From: Candidatus Latescibacterota bacterium
GTDB taxonomy: Bacteria; Latescibacterota; UBA2968; GCA-2709665
Length of the DNA stretch: 64,000 bases
NCBI GenBank assembly: GCA_965116875.1
Contig: OZ220733.1
Coordinates: 5,184,001-5,248,000, forward strand
Reading direction: 5' to 3'
Positions 58,261 to 64,000 of the stretch are shown piece after piece (the first letter of the stretch is position 1; each line of letters starts with the position of its first letter). The position numbers and the translations under genes are program-made. The notes beneath the pieces were generated by a model. It was given only the letters and a program-made list of their open reading frames with translations. It ran no database searches and was not told where the DNA came from.

Positions 58261-58857
58261 TCAGGTTTCCATCTGGCGGCGGTCTGCTACGGCTTCGTAT
58301 TTGTCTCGCCCGGACGACACGCACTGGAAAACCTGATACCCCTTGATCTCAATCCACATATATATCCTGTGGCAGATGCCGCAGACCTTTAGCGCGTGCG
58401 GTTCCGGACTCCTCTCGAAGCGGTAATCGAGATCGTCATAGCCACGACGGAGTTGCGCAATGTCATCGGGCGTATATTGCTTTGAAAGCAGCGCAAATAC
58501 CGCAGGCGGCAGGTCCGCCACCGCCTCCCTGAGTTTCCTGGGATCGACGTCCCATGGAAACGACAGTTCGAACCCGCAAGCGCACCACCGGTCGCACATA
58601 TCCCAGTCCGCCTTGAACCACCACTCGTCATAGATTCGCCTGCAGGCCTCGCACAATTCATACGACAACGCGGGATCCATCCCCTCTTCCCGGATCAGAT
58701 CGACGATCTGCCCACGCTCCGCGTCCGGTAATTTCCCGAGCTTTACCGTTGGCTTATGACACCAGGCGCACAGGTGGGAGCCCCTCCGGAGAATCACCAA
58801 CAGCACGAAGGGTCCAATGATCACAACTGCCGCGAAAATCAGCATCAGGATTGTCAT
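58261..58857 (-). CDS. Membrane-anchored double zinc-ribbon hypothetical protein, paralogue 2 (198 aa)
   Basis: N-terminal hydrophobic helix; CAWC, CEAC-RRIY, WCACG, CGIC-HRIYMW, GYQVFQCVSS. Confidence 0.8.
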   Translation of the reverse strand: MTILMLIFAAVVIIGPFVLLVILRRGSHLCAWCHKPTVKLGKLPDAERGQIVDLIREEGMDPALSYELCEACRRIYDEWWFKADWDMCDRWCACGFELSFPWDVDPRKLREAVADLPPAVFALLSKQYTPDDIAQLRRGYDDLDYRFERSPEPHALKVCGICHRIYMWIEIKGYQVFQCVSSGRDKYEAVADRRQMET

Positions 58858-58938
58858 CGCAGTTACCCCTCGCTGCGTATGGAGCCGCGAATCAACATAC
58901 TCCCCGCAAAACCCGTGAACGAGATTCGTTCACCGATA

Positions 58939-59535
58939 TCAACTGAGTCGATCATATTTATCCATACCTCCCGACACAACCTGAAATACCTGAAAGCCCT
59001 TCACGGGCAACCACATATAGATCCGAAAGCAATTCCTGCAGACGAACAGAATGTGTTCATCGGACACCGACGAGTACAGCCGCTCGCGCAGCCCCTCTCT
59101 CCCGTACGTCCGTTCCACAAACTCCAGGACTTCCGGACGAATTCCGCGTAATGCCGTCTTCAACTTGTTGGTGTCGACGATCAGAGCAGGCCGTGACAGA
59201 TCACAACCACAGGCGCACTTGCGATCGAGCAACTCCGCGTCCATGCGGAAAGGACGATCGCTGCTGAACCAGCGGCTGTCGTAAATTCGCTTGCAATGCG
59301 GACACAGCTCGTTTTTCTCCGGCTCCCCGGGCATTCCCTCGACCCGGATCAGGCGCCGCACCTCCTCCCCTTCGCCCTGCGACAGATGTTCAACCGGCGT
59401 CGTCGATCGCATACACCATCGGCACCGGCGTACCTTGTGCATCATCTGGTACACATTCAGGATCGCAGCGACCACTACGCCGATCGCTATGATGGCTATT
59501 TCTATCGCGTATGGACCCAAAGTCAGGTCCGCCAC
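58939..59535 (-). CDS. Membrane-anchored double zinc-ribbon hypothetical protein, paralogue 1 (198 aa)
   Basis: N-terminal hydrophobic helix; CRWC, CPHC-KRIY, KCACG, CRNC-FRIYMW, GFQVFQVVS. Confidence 0.8.
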   Translation of the reverse strand: MADLTLGPYAIEIAIIAIGVVVAAILNVYQMMHKVRRCRWCMRSTTPVEHLSQGEGEEVRRLIRVEGMPGEPEKNELCPHCKRIYDSRWFSSDRPFRMDAELLDRKCACGCDLSRPALIVDTNKLKTALRGIRPEVLEFVERTYGREGLRERLYSSVSDEHILFVCRNCFRIYMWLPVKGFQVFQVVSGGMDKYDRLS

Positions 59536-59948
59536 TGGGTAATATCTGGATTACATGATCACGACAGCCGAATCACGGATGCGGAGGTCCGCCGACTGCC
59601 CGTGTCAGGCGGTCTTTCTCTCGCCGAACAAGGATCTGTTCACTTTCGTATCGAAGATTGAGATGTATTGTTCAGTATAGTATTTCAAGGTGTGAATTAC
59701 AAGCCTTGCCGCCCGACGCCGAGGGCTCCAATCCGTCTCATCCGGTCAAATCCGATTGACCGACCGCATCAATCAACCTATATTGTTGTTCGTACATTAT
59801 TTAGCGTCCTTGATAGTATGTCTCGTGCGAAGACTGGAACAGGAGAGTTTGTTCTGGAAATGCAACCAAGCCGAAATAAAGAATGAGCCTCCCCCGGGGA
59901 TCGGTTATTGAGACCATTTGATTGTGTTTGACGCAACGGAGACGTGAT

Positions 59949-62900
59949 TTGAACTCAGAAGCCCCTATTAGCGAAGGACAGACGGTTACGGGATCGTTGT
60001 TCGATGAACCGATGCAGGTGGAGACCGTTCGCTCCAATGGTACCGGCGTCTGGATCGCCGGGCTGGTCGGCCAGAGAACGGAACGATTCCGCAGGGTCAC
60101 ACTGACTGCCGATGATATCGCCAATCTGACTATCTTCGATTCCGCACTTTCATACGATGGCGACGGTCGCCTGCTTCGGATAGGTCTCCAGGCATACTCA
60201 CTTGGGATCGCCTACGAGTTTGATCCCTACTTCGGACTCTCTATTTCTCGCGTTGATCCTCTCCCCCACCAGTTAGAGGCCGTCTACGAACACCTTCTGA
60301 AGCTACCCACTGTTCGCTTCCTTCTGGCCGATGATGCCGGAGCTGGCAAGACCATCATGGCGGGACTGCTGATCCGGGAACTCAAACTTCGGGGACTCAT
60401 CGAACGTGTTCTCGTAGTTTGTCCCGCAAACCTCGCATTCCAATGGCAACGCGAGTTGAATGAAAAATTCGACGAGAAATTCTTCGTCCTCAAGGGCGGC
60501 GACATTCGCGACCAATTCGGTGTGAACCAGTGGCTGGAACAGAACCAGATCATCACCTCACTCGACCTCGCCAAACGAAGTGAGATTCTCCCCGGGTTGG
60601 AGCAGGTTCGGTGGGACCTGGTAATCGTCGACGAAGCGCACCGCATGTCCGCCCGCGACGAGACCCATAAGAGCCAGCGTTACCGCCTGGGCGAAATGCT
60701 TCGCGACAGTGCCGACCACGTGTTGCTGCTGACCGCAACGCCTCACAGGGGTGACCCGCAAAACTTCACGCTGTTTCTGCAACTCCTCGACCGCGACGCA
60801 TACGCGGACGTGCGTTCGATTCGGGAGGCGATGCAGCATCGGCGTGCGCCGTTTTACCTGCGTCGCACCAAGGAGGCAATGGTCTACTTTCCCGATCGCC
60901 AGGACGACGGTACGTGGAACGCCAGACCGGTGTTTACGAAGCGCATTCCACGGACCGCGGACTTCGCGATTGGCGGTCCCGAATTCGAACTCTACCGTAC
61001 CATCACCCGATTTGTAAAACGGCAGAGCGCCCGCGCCGCAGCACAGGGCGACGATCCTCGCGCGCGTGCCGTCGGATTCTTGATGGCGCTTTATCAACGG
61101 CGCCTGGCGTCCAGCACGTATGCCGTGCGGCGGTCGCTTGAGAATCGGGCCGCACGCCTCGAAAAGGGCCTTGAGGAAGCCCGAAATCTGGTACAGTCGG
61201 CGCCTCCCAACCTGCCGGATCCCGATGACCTCGAGGAATTGGAAGACGCAGAGCGCGAGCGTCTTGAACGAATCCTCGAGGCGATCACACTGGCCGGAAA
61301 CGCAGAACAGGTCCGCGAGGAGATTCAGGAACTGAGGTCACTGGCGGAAGAGGCCAAGGCAGTCGAAGGTTCGAACGATGAAGCGAAATTAAACACCCTC
61401 CGCAAGATTATGCAGGAGGAAGGCTTCTTTGAGCGCCGAGACCAACGGCTGCTGCTCTTCACAGAGTTCAAGGACACTCTCGATTATCTGATGGAGCGTC
61501 TAAAGAACTGGGGATTCAGCGTGGGCTGCATCCACGGGGGAATGAAGGCCGGCTCACGCGACGAAACCGGAAGCCGACTCCATACCGAACAGCAGTTCCG
61601 TGAAGGCGCCATCCAGGTTCTCGTCGCCACCGAGGCTGCCGGAGAAGGCATCAACCTGCAATGCTGCCACATCCTCTTTAACTACGATATCCCGTGGAAT
61701 CCAAATCGCCTCGAACAACGCATGGGGCGCATTCACCGCTACGGGCAGCGGCACGACTGTCTGATCTTCAACTTCGTCGCGACCAACACTATTGAAGGCC
61801 GTGTGTTGCAGCGGTTGCTGGAGAAGCTGCAGGAGATCCGAGAAGCTCTCGACGACGACGCGGTATTTAACGTGGTTGGCGAAGTCTTACCCTCGACCCG
61901 AGTTGAGCGAGTTTTGCGAGATTTCTACGCCGGGAAGCTAGGCGAGGAAGACTTTGAAGACAGGCTCCTGAAGGACGTCGACGAAGGCCGGTTCCGATCC
62001 ATTTGCCAGACAGCGCTCGAAGGTCTGGCATCCAGAAGACTGAACCTGGACATGTTGATCGAACGCAAGGCCCGTGCCCAGGAACGACGTGTCGTTCCCG
62101 AGACAATCGCACGTTTTATCACCGAGTGCGCACGCGACGTGAGTCTCACGATGAAGCCGGTAAAACGCCTGGCGCATACGTATGAGCCGGGACGCACACC
62201 TACCGCATTGAAAAAATATGAGCGCGATGCGGATTGGAAACTCCCGGAACTGGCGGGACGTTATCCCAGGCTCTCGACAGACCGGGATGCGGCCGAAGAA
62301 CACAATTTGGAGTGGGTAACGCCCGGACACCCTCTGTTCGAGGCCCTGCGCCGGCACAGCCTCGAACTGAGTCAGATCTCTCTGGCCAATGGCGCATGCT
62401 TCCATTCGCTAACCCACGATGTGCCGACGCGTTTAGATTTTTATCGTGCCCGTGTGGTGGATGGACTTGGAAGGGTTATCCACGAACGACTGTTTACAGT
62501 CGAATTAACGAACGACGGCTCGCAGAGTCTGAGCGGACCCGACGTCCTCGGAAACCTGACGCCGGCGGAGACGCCGGATGCACTACCGTCCGTTGCTTCA
62601 ATTCCTGAAGACACGGCGTGGCTGAATGAGCACGCGCTGCTTCCGTTTATTGAAGAAGTGCGCACAGAGCGTTTGGCAGAAATGGATCGGATTGCCGAGC
62701 ACGTGGAACTCTCATTGACGGAAGTTCTGCAACGCATTGACGAAGAAATCGGGCGCGCCGCCGACGAGGTGGCGAACGACGTGACTGGCGCGGAAGGTCG
62801 CCTGGCGCAGGCCGAAACCCGGCATGGCGAAGTATTGGCTCGCAGAGAGCGAAGGCGCGAAGAACTCAAACAACAGCGAGCAGTAACGTTGCAGGGCGTA

Positions 62901-63335
62901 GAGCGTTTGGCCAGCGCGCTTGTCCTTCCTCACACTGACACCGATACGCTCGACGTCCGGAAACTGCGCCCGCATCCGGAAACCGAGATGACCGCCATGC
63001 GAGTGGTCATGGAACACGAAACAGATCAGGGTCGAAGGGTCTACGACGTTCACAAGGAGAACCTGGGCTACGATGTAACCAGCCTGGATCTGCAGTCAGG
63101 CGAATTGCGGCTGATCGAGGTCAAAGGACTCGCTGGTCCCACCGGAAGCATCCTGCTCACGCCAAACGAACGCCGCGTCGCCGAAGATCGCCCAGACTGC
63201 TTCTGGCTCTACGTTGTAACCAACTGTGCGACTGGACCGGAACTTCAAGAACCGATCAGAGATCCGGCGCGGTTTTCATGGAATGAAGTCAAAAAAGTCG
63301 CTCACTATTACCTTAACCTGAATGCTCTCAGATGA
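59949..63335 (+). CDS. SNF2-family helicase with C-terminal DUF3883-like nuclease domain
   Basis: DPLPHQ, LLADDAGAGKT, DEAH, TATP, GEGINLQ, QRMGRIHRYG; C-terminal LGYDVTS...RLIEVKG. TTG at 59949 follows GGAG. Confidence 0.92.
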   Translation: MNSEAPISEGQTVTGSLFDEPMQVETVRSNGTGVWIAGLVGQRTERFRRVTLTADDIANLTIFDSALSYDGDGRLLRIGLQAYSLGIAYEFDPYFGLSISRVDPLPHQLEAVYEHLLKLPTVRFLLADDAGAGKTIMAGLLIRELKLRGLIERVLVVCPANLAFQWQRELNEKFDEKFFVLKGGDIRDQFGVNQWLEQNQIITSLDLAKRSEILPGLEQVRWDLVIVDEAHRMSARDETHKSQRYRLGEMLRDSADHVLLLTATPHRGDPQNFTLFLQLLDRDAYADVRSIREAMQHRRAPFYLRRTKEAMVYFPDRQDDGTWNARPVFTKRIPRTADFAIGGPEFELYRTITRFVKRQSARAAAQGDDPRARAVGFLMALYQRRLASSTYAVRRSLENRAARLEKGLEEARNLVQSAPPNLPDPDDLEELEDAERERLERILEAITLAGNAEQVREEIQELRSLAEEAKAVEGSNDEAKLNTLRKIMQEEGFFERRDQRLLLFTEFKDTLDYLMERLKNWGFSVGCIHGGMKAGSRDETGSRLHTEQQFREGAIQVLVATEAAGEGINLQCCHILFNYDIPWNPNRLEQRMGRIHRYGQRHDCLIFNFVATNTIEGRVLQRLLEKLQEIREALDDDAVFNVVGEVLPSTRVERVLRDFYAGKLGEEDFEDRLLKDVDEGRFRSICQTALEGLASRRLNLDMLIERKARAQERRVVPETIARFITECARDVSLTMKPVKRLAHTYEPGRTPTALKKYERDADWKLPELAGRYPRLSTDRDAAEEHNLEWVTPGHPLFEALRRHSLELSQISLANGACFHSLTHDVPTRLDFYRARVVDGLGRVIHERLFTVELTNDGSQSLSGPDVLGNLTPAETPDALPSVASIPEDTAWLNEHALLPFIEEVRTERLAEMDRIAEHVELSLTEVLQRIDEEIGRAADEVANDVTGAEGRLAQAETRHGEVLARRERRREELKQQRAVTLQGVERLASALVLPHTDTDTLDVRKLRPHPETEMTAMRVVMEHETDQGRRVYDVHKENLGYDVTSLDLQSGELRLIEVKGLAGPTGSILLTPNERRVAEDRPDCFWLYVVTNCATGPELQEPIRDPARFSWNEVKKVAHYYLNLNALR

Positions 63336-64000
63336 CCGATGCAGCCGTTGAACCCGGGATGGATGTGTTTGAAACATACGAAGCGTTGACAGCTTCTCCC
63401 TCTCGTGCACCATCGTACTGGGCAGATTCCTGTACTCACGAGGAGTGTACGTTACACCAACTCTCACCCTATATCGGCAAACTTAAGAGCGTAATCGCAA
63501 AAGACCTCATTTTGAATTTTAGTGAGCCGAACGAGCTGGTTGTCGATATGTTTTGTGGCAGCGGCACGGTTCCACTTGAGGCAGCCCGTCTAGGACGACG
63601 TGTATTTGCATCTGACAATAGTATCTACGCTGTGACACTGACTAAAGCGAAGCTCAATGCGCCTGCATGTGTTGACGCGGCACATGTACGCCTTGAAAAG
63701 GTCCAGCGTAGAGCGAATTCGTTGCCACCACCTGACCTTCGAAGAATTCCGCGTTGGGTTCGGGCTTTCTTTCATCCACGCACACTCAAGGAAGCGCTTC
63801 GGCTAACCCAGGTACTGAGGCTTGAAAGACGCTACTTTCTCTTGGCTTCGATGCTGGGTATTCTACACCACCAAAGACCCGGATTTCTATCGTATCCGAG
63901 CAGTCACCTCGTCCCCTATCTCAGATCGGAAAAATTCCCTGAGTCCGATTTCCCGGAACTCTACGAATATCGCCCCGTTGCGCCCCGCTTGGCTGCGAAA
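63332..64000 (+). CDS. DNA amino-methyltransferase (N4-C/N6-A type; 3' end runs off the window; absent from ORF track)
   Basis: Hand translation from ATG 63332 (ATGA overlap with the helicase stop): ...LHQLSPYIGKLK...VVDMFCGSGTVPLEAARLGR...ASD; frame open to the window end. Confidence 0.87.
   Translation, partial: MTDAAVEPGMDVFETYEALTASPSRAPSYWADSCTHEECTLHQLSPYIGKLKSVIAKDLILNFSEPNELVVDMFCGSGTVPLEAARLGRRVFASDNSIYAVTLTKAKLNAPACVDAAHVRLEKVQRRANSLPPPDLRRIPRWVRAFFHPRTLKEALRLTQVLRLERRYFLLASMLGILHHQRPGFLSYPSSHLVPYLRSEKFPESDFPELYEYRPVAPRLAAK

Noticed and set aside
59668-59886. 72 aa ORF upstream of the right-hand helicase
   Set aside because: No motif or clear RBS; more likely part of the divergent promoter region.
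11760-59900. att-like direct repeat joining the two defence-locus boundaries (TCGGAAGATTG vs TCGAAGATTG)
   Set aside because: Too short and imperfect; no integrase or tRNA gene; the enclosed DNA looks like host backbone.

Overview
A 64 kb bacterial window, probably FCB group (Latescibacterota/Gemmatimonadota-like; inferred from a DUF6785-type transporter, several PhyH/DegT paralogues and an FCB-style RpoD signature). A visibly GC-rich metabolic backbone (~11.8-57.5 kb) is flanked by two more AT-rich, outward-transcribed defence-like loci. Left locus (minus strand): PLD-nuclease/SNF2 helicase, then a fusion of a restriction-modification N-terminal domain to an RpoD-type sigma-70 factor, a ~0.9 kb structured spacer, a type IIG/Eco57I-like adenine methyltransferase carrying the same N-terminal domain, a GNAT-PIN-ASCH protein and an ASCH protein that the ORF track missed. 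The sigma fusion inside a helicase-methyltransferase operon is the most unusual thing I found. Right end: three tandem ~198 aa membrane-anchored double zinc-ribbon paralogues, divergent from an SNF2-DUF3883-like helicase and a DNA methyltransferase (also missed by the ORF track). The backbone holds an N-methylglutamate/sarcosine-oxidase-like cluster with duplicated subunits, an uncharacterised catabolic cluster, rhaB, pdxA, pabB, an anaerobic sulfatase maturase and an EndoQ-UvrD fusion. Intergenic DNA contains a MITE, several REP-like families (some nested) and a block-conserved element present three times. No rRNA, tRNA or CRISPR array was seen. All calls come from reading motifs by eye; no searches were run.
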